Origin: Candidatus Gottesmanbacteria bacterium
GTDB taxonomy: Bacteria > Patescibacteriota > Microgenomatia > UBA10105 > UBA927
NCBI GenBank assembly: GCA_903821745.1
Contig: CAIJMI010000004.1
Location: 4,589-68,588 of the forward strand
Length of the DNA: 64,000 nucleotides
Direction of reading: 5' to 3'
In this document: positions 42,569-52,361 of the stretch, in pieces
Layout of the letters: every line of letters starts with the position of its first letter
Numbering within the stretch: position 1 is the stretch's first letter
Notes under the pieces: generated by a model
The model's database searches: none
What the model saw: the letters and a program-made list of their open reading frames with translations, nothing else
What the model was told of the DNA's origin: nothing
Made by a program: the position numbers and the translations under genes

Positions 42569-43356
42569 CAAATCCAAATCTCTGGAATCAATTACTCGTT
42601 TGGCCAATTACCAACCTGTTGGTGGTCTTTTATAAATTCTGCGAATGGCTCCATCTTCCAGGCCCCTTAGGATTTGCCATTATTCTTCTTACCATCGTTG
42701 TCCGATTTACACTCTATCCACTCATGAACGCACAACTGAAAAGCACAAAAAAGATGGCGGAGATGAAACCGCATCTTGATGCCTTATCAGCAAAACATAA
42801 AGATGATAAAAAAGCATTGCAGGAAGCGCAGCTTGCCTTATACAAAGAACATGGTGTTAATCCTGCAGCGGGCTGCTTGCCTACCTTGGTGCAGTTTCCT
42901 ATTTTAATTGCCCTGTACAATGTCTTTTATCAGGTTCTCGGAGCAGGCGATGTTGCTAAAATGATGGAAAACATCAATGCTGTTGTATACAACAGTACAT
43001 TAAAGCTGCAAACATTGGATGTTACCTTTTTTGGCGTCAATTTAGGAATTAAACCTGGTGAATGGCAAAAATATGGATGGTGGCTTCTTGCCATTCCGTT
43101 GATTACTGCGGGATTACAGCTCTATCAATCCAAACTGATGACACCAAAGACCGTCGCTCTACCTGCAGCGCTTGAGGCAAAAGGAGAAGAAAAGAAAACC
43201 GATTCGATGACGGATATACAAAAACAAATGATGTTTATTACCCCCATCATGTTTGGGTTTTTCGCATTCCAGCTGCCTATTGGTCTTTCCCTGTACTGGA
43301 ATATTTTTGGCCTTTTTGGTATTATTCAGCAAATACAGGTAAACAAAGGAAAATAA
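42565..43356 (+). CDS. yidC: Membrane protein insertase YidC/Oxa1 (short, Gram-positive-type)
   Basis: Five-TM core with conserved hydrophilic groove residues; follows rnpA-yidD as in the canonical rpmH-rnpA-yidD-yidC-jag cluster. Confidence 0.85.
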   Translation: MTNPNLWNQLLVWPITNLLVVFYKFCEWLHLPGPLGFAIILLTIVVRFTLYPLMNAQLKSTKKMAEMKPHLDALSAKHKDDKKALQEAQLALYKEHGVNPAAGCLPTLVQFPILIALYNVFYQVLGAGDVAKMMENINAVVYNSTLKLQTLDVTFFGVNLGIKPGEWQKYGWWLLAIPLITAGLQLYQSKLMTPKTVALPAALEAKGEEKKTDSMTDIQKQMMFITPIMFGFFAFQLPIGLSLYWNIFGLFGIIQQIQVNKGK

Positions 43357-43357
43357 T

Positions 43358-43813
43358 ATGGAACCACTAACAGTTATTAAAGAAGTCACAGAAGATCTTT
43401 TGAAACGTCTAGGTATCTCAGGTGATGTGACGATTGATACGGACGAGTCCGGAGCGTATCGCGTAAACATTGAAACAGAAGAAACAGGACTCCTCATTGG
43501 ATTTCATGGGCGGACACTTGAAAGCTTTCAAATGATTCTTGGCATGATCGTTGCAAAAAAATTAGGGACATGGGAACGCGTCTACGTGAATGTAGGCGAC
43601 TATCGAGAAAAACGGGAAGAGGCGCTTATGTATATGGCACAACGTGCATCTGAACGAGCAATTACCACAGGTCGTCCTGTAGAGTTGTCTCACCTTTCCG
43701 CGGCTGAACGGCGCGTCATTCATCTCACACTTTCCGGTGATGAACGCGTAAGTACAGAATCCGTTGGCGAAGGCAGAGAAAGAAAATTAATCATTTCTCC
43801 AAAAGTTGCCTAA
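43358..43813 (+). CDS. jag: Jag/KhpB-like RNA-binding protein (KH + R3H domains)
   Basis: KH-like GLLIGFHGRTLESFQ and R3H region (LSAAERRVIHLTL); conserved position after yidC. Confidence 0.75.
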   Translation: MEPLTVIKEVTEDLLKRLGISGDVTIDTDESGAYRVNIETEETGLLIGFHGRTLESFQMILGMIVAKKLGTWERVYVNVGDYREKREEALMYMAQRASERAITTGRPVELSHLSAAERRVIHLTLSGDERVSTESVGEGRERKLIISPKVA

Positions 43814-43842
43814 ATTCGTCACTCCTTTTATACTGAGGGTCA

Positions 43843-45096
43843 ATGCCAGTTCATCTTTTGTTGTTTTATCTCACGCTTATTTTTCTTCCAACGCAGCTGG
43901 GATTACATACATGGCCAAATTGGGCACTCATCTTAGGAAGACGTATTGATTATCTCTCCCCGACCCTATTTTTCACAGACATACTGCTGCTGTTAACACT
44001 CTGCTTTTGGATCATATTCCAAAAAAAATGTAGCGTTTCAAAAAAACAGATCATAATAATGTTAGGAATTTTTTTGGTCATGGTGATCAATACGCTTTTT
44101 ACTGCCTCTCCCCTTGTTGCAGGATATAAATGGATAAAGATAATTGAGTGTATATGGTTTGGCTATTACCTATATAAGGTAAAACCAGCGCTGAGAACGA
44201 CAACACTTATGCTTTCCCTTGGCGCTGCGTATTCTTCAATCCTGGGATTACTGCAATTTTATCTGCAACATTCTCTTGGTGGAATATTTTGGTTCCTGGG
44301 AGAACGAACATTCACAGTCATGACTCCGGGTATTGCACGAGTTAACTGGTGCTGGCTTATGACCAATCAATGTCAAGAACTGTTACGACCCTACGCAACA
44401 TTTTCCCACCCAAATGTTCTTGCTGGTTTTTTAATCATTGTGATGTTTCTTCTTGGATATAATCTCCAGACGGAAAAAATAAAAAAATTTCGTCTCTGGT
44501 CATATGGCGTTCTTGGTCTTTCGTTTGTAACAATTCTTATAACATTTAGTCGAAACGCATGGATTACTGGGATCTGTGCAGTTCTGTTTCTTGTTCTTTT
44601 TTCTAAAAAGAAATTTAAAAACAGAAATATTGTATGGCTCGGCATACTGCTGCTTGCCTGTGTAGGCGTATTGCTTCCCTATTTTTTAACATTATTCTTC
44701 GGAGGTGAAAGTGTCGCTATTCGATATAGCCTTGCCATTGCTGCGCTACATCTTTTTTTCACTCATCCATTGATGGGCGTTGGACTCGGAGGTTTTCTTA
44801 TTCAACTTCCATCTGTTTCAACAACGCGTGATCTTTTTTTTATTCAACCCGTACACAATATTTTTTTGTTATGGATTGTTGAAACAGGAATCTTGGGTTG
44901 TGTTACTGTCGGGTTACTTCTTCGCAAGTATATTGCATTTCTCAAAGTACATAAAACGCCAACAATCGTTACCATACCTCTCATACTTATACTTATGCTT
45001 GGACTATTTGATCACTACCCGTTTACGCTTCAACAAGGACAACTGCTCTTCACCCTCTGTGTTGCCCTCCCATTCTTGTATTTCAAGAATTCTTGA
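43843..45096 (+). CDS. O-antigen ligase/polymerase-like membrane protein (Wzy_C family)
   Basis: 12 TM segments with periplasmic loop containing the FSRNAWIT motif characteristic of O-antigen ligase family. Confidence 0.7.
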   Translation: MPVHLLLFYLTLIFLPTQLGLHTWPNWALILGRRIDYLSPTLFFTDILLLLTLCFWIIFQKKCSVSKKQIIIMLGIFLVMVINTLFTASPLVAGYKWIKIIECIWFGYYLYKVKPALRTTTLMLSLGAAYSSILGLLQFYLQHSLGGIFWFLGERTFTVMTPGIARVNWCWLMTNQCQELLRPYATFSHPNVLAGFLIIVMFLLGYNLQTEKIKKFRLWSYGVLGLSFVTILITFSRNAWITGICAVLFLVLFSKKKFKNRNIVWLGILLLACVGVLLPYFLTLFFGGESVAIRYSLAIAALHLFFTHPLMGVGLGGFLIQLPSVSTTRDLFFIQPVHNIFLLWIVETGILGCVTVGLLLRKYIAFLKVHKTPTIVTIPLILILMLGLFDHYPFTLQQGQLLFTLCVALPFLYFKNS

Positions 45097-45108
45097 TACA
45101 ATACCTAT

Positions 45109-46383
45109 ATGTCGATAAAAAAAGTTGTGGTATTCAACACAGTGAGCCAATTATTTGGGAAAGCGATAAGCGGCGGTATCACATTTATTATTAGCCTTCT
45201 TCTTGCAAAAACGCTGGGTGTTGAGGGGTACGGCGATTTCACCAAAATTACAACCTACGTAGCATTCTTCTATTTATTCTGTGACCTTGGATTGAACGCT
45301 GCATTTTTACAGTTATCAAAAGATGAAAAACTTATTCACATGAAAAGTTCATTGTTTACAGTACGGCTTCTTTTAGGACTTCTCCTGATGTTTATTACCC
45401 TTATTATTCTGGTATTTCTGCCAGGGTCAGCAACCCAAGGGTATACACAATTTGTCAAAATGGGAATTATTATCTTTATCCCCTCTATTCTTTTCCAGGC
45501 ATTGATATCAACAACGAATGCAATATTTCAAGAACACCTTCGCTATGACCTTGCAACATATGCATTATGCGCAGGATCAATTGGAACACTTATTCTGGTA
45601 TGGCTTTCTATTTTTCTTTTATCGCCTAACGTTCTCTTATTTGCAATTATCGCCGCGTTTCTTATTGGCAGTTTCATGACTGCCGGTCTTTCCTACGTGC
45701 TTATTAAAAAAGTCACCAAACTTCCCGTCATTTTTTGGGATCCCAAATCAGTAAAACAATTACTAAAAGCTGCCGCTCCTCTAGCATTAACGCTTATTTT
45801 TAATGTGGTCTATTTTTACGCAAATACGTTTATTTTAACCATTACGCAATCAACGCTTGATGTCGGTATCTACGGGTTAGCATATAAATTTTTTGAATTC
45901 ACTCTCGTCATTCCGACATTTTTTATGAATGCTGCACTTCCAACACTGATTGAATCATATGTAAAAAAAGATATGATGGTATTTCGAAAACGAATTTTGC
46001 TATCCGCTATTGCACTCACCGGAGTTGCAGTTGGTGTTGCAATACTAGGTTGGATATTCACTCCGCTTCTTGCACTTATTCGTCCAGGATTTGCAGCAAG
46101 TATTCTTCCACTTCGGCTTTTGATAACAGGACTTCCCATTTTTTATCTCACCTCAATTACCATGTGGATACTGGTCGTTACAAAAAAACAAAAAGAACTC
46201 ATTGGTATTTATGGCATAACGATGGTATTAAATATTGCACTTAGTCTATTATGTACGCCAACATACAGTTATATGGCAGCAGTCTGGATAACAATCGGCA
46301 CAGAATGTTTTGTTTTGGCATCATCAGTGGCAGTCATAATAAAGTCAGGAATTTTCCGTTTGCAGCTTGATACAAAAAAATAA
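45109..46383 (+). CDS. Polysaccharide biosynthesis flippase (Wzx/MOP superfamily)
   Basis: 424 aa, 12-14 TM helices, N-terminal FGKAISGGITFIISLLLAKTLG typical of Polysacc_synt flippases. Confidence 0.7.
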   Translation: MSIKKVVVFNTVSQLFGKAISGGITFIISLLLAKTLGVEGYGDFTKITTYVAFFYLFCDLGLNAAFLQLSKDEKLIHMKSSLFTVRLLLGLLLMFITLIILVFLPGSATQGYTQFVKMGIIIFIPSILFQALISTTNAIFQEHLRYDLATYALCAGSIGTLILVWLSIFLLSPNVLLFAIIAAFLIGSFMTAGLSYVLIKKVTKLPVIFWDPKSVKQLLKAAAPLALTLIFNVVYFYANTFILTITQSTLDVGIYGLAYKFFEFTLVIPTFFMNAALPTLIESYVKKDMMVFRKRILLSAIALTGVAVGVAILGWIFTPLLALIRPGFAASILPLRLLITGLPIFYLTSITMWILVVTKKQKELIGIYGITMVLNIALSLLCTPTYSYMAAVWITIGTECFVLASSVAVIIKSGIFRLQLDTKK

Positions 46384-46402
46384 TTTACCTATACTAAGCG
46401 AC

Positions 46403-46819
46403 ATGGAAAAAAATACCTATATCATACACACAGATGGGGGATCCAGAAACAATCCCGGTGAGGCGGCTATTGGAGTCGTTATTGAACGCAATCGAACTTT
46501 GGTGCATGAATTTGGAAAAACGATTGGCATTGCAACAAATAATGTTGCAGAATATACCGCGGTTGTAGAAGCATTGCAATACATGAAGACCATTGAAAAA
46601 ACAGGGAAGTACAGCATTCATTTCATTCTTGATTCGCAACTTGTGGTAAATCAACTTAATGGAATATTTAAAATAAAGGATAGCACACTTCGTGAATTTG
46701 TATTTCAAGTTCGTCACCTAGAACAAGAGGTTGGGGGACATATCTCCTATGAGGCGGTTCGTCGCGAACAAAATAAACGCGCCGATTATTTTGTAAATCA
46801 TGCCCTTGATGAAGCCTAA
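46403..46819 (+). CDS. RNase H (type 1-like) domain protein
   Basis: DEDD catalytic signature positions: TDGGSRNNPGEAAIGVVI, NNVAEYTAVVEAL, DSQLVV, RADYFVNHALD; start re-called to ATG 46403. Confidence 0.75.
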   Translation: MEKNTYIIHTDGGSRNNPGEAAIGVVIERNRTLVHEFGKTIGIATNNVAEYTAVVEALQYMKTIEKTGKYSIHFILDSQLVVNQLNGIFKIKDSTLREFVFQVRHLEQEVGGHISYEAVRREQNKRADYFVNHALDEA

Positions 46820-46942
46820 ATACATTTCCTTTTTTTTCTCATGTCGGGTTACCTAAAAAAGTATAATCTTCCATCCGTCCGTTCGTGTTGTTTTCGTGTT
46901 TCTTTTTTGACATAATAAACACGCCTCATCATAAGACCTCCT

Positions 46943-49417
46943 ATGAAAAATAACGATTTAACGCAAATACATAACGAAATGATCTCTTCACCTGTGGTGC
47001 GTATTGATGCGCTTGATGAAAATTTTATCCAACCACTACGGGAATTTTTTGCGATGAATGGGTGTCAAGTTTTTATTAATTCTTCGCCTTCGCCATTCTG
47101 TACATATCATCTTGTTGTTGGAGATCTGAAGTTTGTGAAATCAATTCTTGATGGTGCGTTAATTTCAAGCCAAAAAACCATGTGTGTTATCTGGGATATT
47201 AAAGAAGAAAGTGTAACGATTACTCATGTACCACACATTAAGATTGCGCTCATCGATCCAAAAGCGATCAGCGGTGAACTCCTTGGTTTATTATGTAATT
47301 TCTTTTTTACTGGAAATCAAAAAATAAAAAATTTTCAAACTGCCGCACCAAAAAAAATAGTTGAAGAAAGACCTAAACAACGTGAGGAAAAAGAAGTAAA
47401 ACATAGTAATGAAAAAGAGGATGCAAAAAGAATTGCTCAAACTATTTCTCAAGAATTTATTTCTCCAAAGATACATACTCCTAAACGCCAAAATAAAAAC
47501 TGGCTGTTTATAGCGCTTACACTTTTTTGTATCTCTTTTATCATTCCACTGTGTCTTTATATTGGATCACTTACGATACTTTCCGTATCGCTTTACCAAC
47601 AAATGCTCTGTCTAAAAACCAGTGGTATATGTCGATTTCAAATGAGTAGTCAACTGAAAAATCAATTTCTTCATACAGCACATGGATCCTTTTCTGTTCT
47701 GCAAATACCGCTCAAACTCATTCATCAATCCCGAACCATCACCAAACAAGAAAACCTCATGAATACGCTTGAAAAAATGACAACAATACTCGCATCAGGC
47801 GCTGAAGTAAATACAGTCGCAACAAACTTTATTACCTCATTTCTCACTATGGATCTTTCCAAGCAAGACAACATTTCAACCGTTGTACAGGTTGAACAAT
47901 TAAAAACACAATTATTTTCCCTTCAAACAAATATTGATCTTTCGTATCGAATGCTCCAACAAATGGCAAAAGATCCACCATTTCCCGTATCCCTTCCATT
48001 TTTTGAGACAAGACTCAAACAGGGAATAACAACGATTGCCCGCATCCGAAGAAACATGCAGACAGCGGAACGACTATTATTGCTCTATCCGTATGTTTCA
48101 GGATACAAACAACCCCTGACACTCCTTGTACTCCTCCAAAACAATAACGAATTGCGACCAACAGGAGGATTTATCGGATCTCTGATGCATCTTACCATTG
48201 AAGATGGCGCGATTTCAGACATGCGCGTTGAAGACGTTTATACTGTTGACGGACAACTGAAGGGTCATGTTGATCCACCAATACCAATTCGTGATGTATT
48301 AACCCAGGAGCATTGGTATCTTCGAGATAGTAATTGGAATCCTGATTTTGAAGAATCAGCACAAAAAGCAATGTGGTTTTATCAAAAAGAAACTGGTGAG
48401 TCAGTCAATGGAGTAATTGCAATGAATGCATCGTTTATTATGAAACTCTTGAGACTCACGGGACCAGTGCGGCTCATTGATGGGGGAGATGAAATACGGG
48501 AAGACAATTTTTTCACGAAATCATTGGAATATACCCAGACAGATTTCTTTCCCGGTTCTACCCAAAAAAAGGATTTTCTTGGGAATTTACTGCAAACGTT
48601 AACAACGACCATTTTTCAAAGTAAAAAAATTTCAGGGGTACAGCTTTTTGAAACAATCGACCAGGCACTTCAAGAACGGGAAGCGCAATTATTCTTTACA
48701 GATAGCGATGCTGAACAGCTCGTTACGCAATTTGAATGGGCAGGAAAACTCCCCACTAAACAAGTGTGTGATTCCTCAACAACACCACAATGTGTGTTGC
48801 ACTATCTTGGCGCAATTGAAGCAAATCTTGGTGTAAATAAAGTAAATTACTATATACGAAGAAATGATACACGAGATATTGCGATCAATGAGACGGGTAA
48901 AGTAACAGAGACCTTCACACGGGTCATGAGAAATAGTACAACGGATGCTCCCGGCAGCGGAATCTACAGAAATTACATGCGCTTTTACATCCCGAAATTT
49001 ACACACATCACAGCATTTACTATCAATGGGATATCCGTTCCAACAAAATCAACGGATAAAAAAACAGCACTTGCGCTCCCATATGGAGAATTTGATACAA
49101 CAGCAAACGCATGGATGACCAGTATTGCCGGTGTTTTTGATATCCCAACCCAACAAGAGGCAACGATATCACTGTCCTATGAATACGAAATACCATCCGT
49201 TGTAACAGACCGAGACATTTCCTTTATGATTTATACACAAAAGCAATCCGGTATTGAGACCGTTCCAACCCTTATTCGGGTCCGGTATCCCAGCGTATGG
49301 AAAGCCCAAGAGAATGATCAAACAAGCGTAGTCACACTTGCAAACAATGGCTATCTCGAGTACAATAGCACGATGTTACAAGATAGTAACATACAAATTC
49401 ATTTTATAAAGGAATAG
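46943..49417 (+). CDS. Large hypothetical membrane-anchored protein (824 aa; ~180-aa cytoplasmic N-domain, one TM, ~600-aa extracytoplasmic domain)
   Basis: Single hydrophobic segment WLFIALTLFCISFIIPLCLYIGSL; no enzymatic motifs I recognise. Confidence 0.5.
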   Translation: MKNNDLTQIHNEMISSPVVRIDALDENFIQPLREFFAMNGCQVFINSSPSPFCTYHLVVGDLKFVKSILDGALISSQKTMCVIWDIKEESVTITHVPHIKIALIDPKAISGELLGLLCNFFFTGNQKIKNFQTAAPKKIVEERPKQREEKEVKHSNEKEDAKRIAQTISQEFISPKIHTPKRQNKNWLFIALTLFCISFIIPLCLYIGSLTILSVSLYQQMLCLKTSGICRFQMSSQLKNQFLHTAHGSFSVLQIPLKLIHQSRTITKQENLMNTLEKMTTILASGAEVNTVATNFITSFLTMDLSKQDNISTVVQVEQLKTQLFSLQTNIDLSYRMLQQMAKDPPFPVSLPFFETRLKQGITTIARIRRNMQTAERLLLLYPYVSGYKQPLTLLVLLQNNNELRPTGGFIGSLMHLTIEDGAISDMRVEDVYTVDGQLKGHVDPPIPIRDVLTQEHWYLRDSNWNPDFEESAQKAMWFYQKETGESVNGVIAMNASFIMKLLRLTGPVRLIDGGDEIREDNFFTKSLEYTQTDFFPGSTQKKDFLGNLLQTLTTTIFQSKKISGVQLFETIDQALQEREAQLFFTDSDAEQLVTQFEWAGKLPTKQVCDSSTTPQCVLHYLGAIEANLGVNKVNYYIRRNDTRDIAINETGKVTETFTRVMRNSTTDAPGSGIYRNYMRFYIPKFTHITAFTINGISVPTKSTDKKTALALPYGEFDTTANAWMTSIAGVFDIPTQQEATISLSYEYEIPSVVTDRDISFMIYTQKQSGIETVPTLIRVRYPSVWKAQENDQTSVVTLANNGYLEYNSTMLQDSNIQIHFIKE

Positions 49418-49421
49418 CCTT

Positions 49422-50099
49422 ATGAGTTCACATAAACTCCAAGCAGAAATCCGAGAACTAACCGGGAAAAAAGTAAAAAACCTTCGCGCTAGTGGTCAAT
49501 TACCGGCAACTGTATACGGAAAAGGCGTTGAACCACAAACGATTGTGATTTCACTTCCTGATTTTCAAAAAATATACCAAGAAGCAGGGGAGACTGGACT
49601 TATTGAATTGACCCTTGATGGAAAAAAACATCCCGTCCTCATTCACACAGTGCAAATGGATCCAGTAAAGAGTTCATACTTGCATGTTGAATTCCATGAA
49701 GTGAACCTCAAAGAAAAAGTACACGCAGAAATTCCAGTTGAATTAACTGGGGAATCCGTTGCGATCAAGGAAAAAGTCGGTGTGCTTCTTCCACTTATGG
49801 ATCATATTGAAGTGGAAGCGCTTCCAACAGAACTTCCTGAAAAAATTGAAGTAGATATCACAGGACTTGCTGCTATTAACGACCAAATCATTGTAGGTGA
49901 ACTCACTGTTCCATCTGTCGTTACGGTCTTAACCGATCCAACACTCATTGTGGTAAAAATCGGTGCGTTTGTAGTTGAAAAAGAACCAGAACCAGTTAGT
50001 GCCGAAACACCTGCTGAAGGAGAAGTTCCTGCGGGTGAAACACCTGCTGAAGAAGCAGAAGCAGCAAAAGAAGAAAAGACACAATCAGAAAACAAATAA
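49422..50099 (+). CDS. rplY: 50S ribosomal protein L25 / general stress protein Ctc (long form, acidic C-terminal tail)
   Basis: L25 N-terminal beta-barrel (LRASGQLPATVYGKGVEPQTIVI) and Ctc C-terminal domain; RBS AAGGAA. Confidence 0.85.
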   Translation: MSSHKLQAEIRELTGKKVKNLRASGQLPATVYGKGVEPQTIVISLPDFQKIYQEAGETGLIELTLDGKKHPVLIHTVQMDPVKSSYLHVEFHEVNLKEKVHAEIPVELTGESVAIKEKVGVLLPLMDHIEVEALPTELPEKIEVDITGLAAINDQIIVGELTVPSVVTVLTDPTLIVVKIGAFVVEKEPEPVSAETPAEGEVPAGETPAEEAEAAKEEKTQSENK

Positions 50100-50103
50100 A
50101 CGG

Positions 50104-50634
50104 TTAGTACGTAGCCTTCAAATTCGGATCAAGTAATTGTGCTTGGTGAAAAAATCCCTGAGCTTCAGTCGGCTTATTCAGTGCTTGTGCAAGCGATGCA
50201 AGGGTTACAAAAGCATCCCGATAATCCGGTTTTTTTTCCACAACCTGCTGCCAATAGGAATACAATGTAGTTAACCGATGAGATTCATCATCCCATGTCT
50301 GTTGCAGTATTGCAGGAGGTGATTGTGCTCCTAAAACAGAAGAAAACTGATCTGCTATTGCAAGTTCATGCTCTGCCTCTTTTGTATTTCCCATTCCATA
50401 TAATTCCTTCCCAAATTGCATATGTTTGGTAACGGAAAAAGGGGATGAAAGAAGGTCTGTACGCGCCGAAAGTGTATCAATGGAACTTATTATTTTCATC
50501 CATATATTGATAGCTACTATTGCCATGCAAAGTGCAAAAACACTCGACCGAAAGTTGCCTGAATCAAGGGTTGCGGAGAATATTCGGGAAATATGCGGGA
50601 ATAGATAACTTCGAATTCGTGATAAAATGCGCAT
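50104..50634 (-). CDS. Hypothetical signal-anchored protein with C-terminal TPR-like helical region
   Basis: Start re-called to ATG at Met39 (50632-50634) to avoid overlapping the divergent nth start; the ORF-track start at 50748 is a GTG. Confidence 0.4.
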   Translation of the reverse strand: MRILSRIRSYLFPHISRIFSATLDSGNFRSSVFALCMAIVAINIWMKIISSIDTLSARTDLLSSPFSVTKHMQFGKELYGMGNTKEAEHELAIADQFSSVLGAQSPPAILQQTWDDESHRLTTLYSYWQQVVEKKPDYRDAFVTLASLAQALNKPTEAQGFFHQAQLLDPNLKATY

Positions 50635-50681
50635 AGGTAATAGCCGTATCATTGTATCAACCTCATCGACATAAACGCAAT

Positions 50682-51353
50682 ATGAATACAGATCAAAAAC
50701 GTATTGCCATAATTGTAAAACTACTTCAATACTCCTATCCAAACGCACATATGATGCTTACCTACAAAACACCATGGGAACTTTTAGTTGCTGTGATGCT
50801 CTCTGCACAATGTACTGACGTTATGGTGAACAAAGTCACCCCAATATTGTTTTCTTTATACCCAACCATGAAGAATATTGCAACAGCAGACCCAACGAAA
50901 TTAGAACAAACGATTAAATCTACAGGTTTCTATCGAAATAAAGCAAAACATATGATTGGAGCAGCAAAGCTGTTAATTCAACGGTTTCATGGAGAAATTC
51001 CACATACAATGGAGGAGCTTGTGACCATTCCAGGGGTAGCCAGAAAAACAGCAAATGTCGTCCTAGTGAATGCATTTCACAAAAATGAGGGTGTTGCGGT
51101 TGATACCCATGTGTTACGATTAAGCCAACGATTGCATCTGGTACCGCCAACGGCGTATGGCAATCCGATTAAAACAGAACAGGAATTGATGAAACAGATT
51201 CCAAAATCAGAATGGGGGAATATTACCTATCGCCTCATTGATCATGGACGAGCGGTCTGTACAGGACAAAAACCCAAATGTGACCTCTGCATTCTTGCAA
51301 ACGTGTGTCCAAGCGTTTTCTTGTTTCAACGAGAAAAACGTGGTAGCATGTGA
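50682..51353 (+). CDS. nth: Endonuclease III (DNA glycosylase/AP lyase)
   Basis: HhH-GPD motif (LVTIPGVARKTANVVL), catalytic Lys/Asp, 4Fe-4S cluster CTGQKPKCDLCILANVC; ORF-track start at 50652 is a TTG, re-called to ATG 50682. Confidence 0.85.
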   Translation: MNTDQKRIAIIVKLLQYSYPNAHMMLTYKTPWELLVAVMLSAQCTDVMVNKVTPILFSLYPTMKNIATADPTKLEQTIKSTGFYRNKAKHMIGAAKLLIQRFHGEIPHTMEELVTIPGVARKTANVVLVNAFHKNEGVAVDTHVLRLSQRLHLVPPTAYGNPIKTEQELMKQIPKSEWGNITYRLIDHGRAVCTGQKPKCDLCILANVCPSVFLFQREKRGSM

Positions 51354-51398
51354 TGCATATCTATAAAAACTGCCCATTCTTATATAAAAGGAGCATCT

Positions 51399-52091
51399 AT
51401 GGCAACAAAAAAGAAAAAGACGACAATACTATCTCATAAAACCTCAGTGAAAATACCAGCGGAAATGCCACCCCTAACCATGGAAACAAAAGGACCAGTG
51501 TGTTGCGCGTCTTGTTGCCATCTATCTAAAACCGGTATCGTTGCAATTATTCTTGGAATCATTATCCTCGGACTCATTGGTGTCAATAAAGGGTGGGTCA
51601 TTGCAGCAGTAGTGAATAACAAACCCATTTTCCGCCTTACACTCAATACAGCCCTTGTTTCACGATATGGAACACAAACGTTGGAGAATATGATCTCAGA
51701 ACAACTCATTGCAGATGAAGCCAAACGACAAAAGGTGAGCGTCACACAGAAAGAAATTGACGCACAACAACAGGAAATCTTAAAAAGCTTTGGCGGAAAC
51801 GTCACCATTGAGGATGTCTTGAAATATCAGGGGATGACAAAAGCAGATTTTGATCAACAAATTAGGCTGCAAATGCTTTTGACCAAAATCATTGGAAAAG
51901 ACATTACCATTTCTGATGAAGACGTGACAAATTATATCGCAACGAACGAATCAACGCTTGTCGCCACTGACTCAGACGGCATGAAAAAAGAAGCAAAAGA
52001 CGCAATTTTGATGCAAAAAGTGGGAGAACAGCTCCAAACATGGTATGCAGCATTAAAAGAAAAAGCTAAGATATATAGATTTATTAAGTAA
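51399..52091 (+). CDS. SurA/PpiD N-terminal-domain-like chaperone, membrane-anchored (no PPIase domain)
   Basis: Lys-rich N-terminus, one TM, then helical region typical of SurA_N; RBS AAAGGAG. Confidence 0.45.
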   Translation: MATKKKKTTILSHKTSVKIPAEMPPLTMETKGPVCCASCCHLSKTGIVAIILGIIILGLIGVNKGWVIAAVVNNKPIFRLTLNTALVSRYGTQTLENMISEQLIADEAKRQKVSVTQKEIDAQQQEILKSFGGNVTIEDVLKYQGMTKADFDQQIRLQMLLTKIIGKDITISDEDVTNYIATNESTLVATDSDGMKKEAKDAILMQKVGEQLQTWYAALKEKAKIYRFIK

Positions 52092-52101
52092 AGGAGGGCG
52101 T

Positions 52102-52359
52102 ATGCATTGGTTCAGTTCCCAACAAATGATGATGGTGCCATGGCTACAATGGGGAGTGTTTCCGGTAATGCTCTGGAGTTTAACCTGGAAAGGACTAGCT
52201 TTATGGCATGCATCGAAACGCGATGAACAATGGTGGTTTATCGCGCTTCTTGTTATTAACACCGTCGGAATTCTTGAAATGTGCTATCTCTTATTTGTCG
52301 TTCGGTTATTTGCCGGAAAGACTCCAACAAAAACCGCCACAAAAAAGAAACGTACTTAA
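52102..52359 (+). CDS. Small two-TM membrane protein with Trp-rich core and Lys-rich C-terminal tail (DUF5652-like)
   Basis: WLQWGVFPVMLWSLTWKGLALWHA...WWFIALLVINTVGILEMCYL; RBS AAGGAGGG. Confidence 0.45.
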   Translation: MHWFSSQQMMMVPWLQWGVFPVMLWSLTWKGLALWHASKRDEQWWFIALLVINTVGILEMCYLLFVVRLFAGKTPTKTATKKKRT

Positions 52360-52361
52360 CA

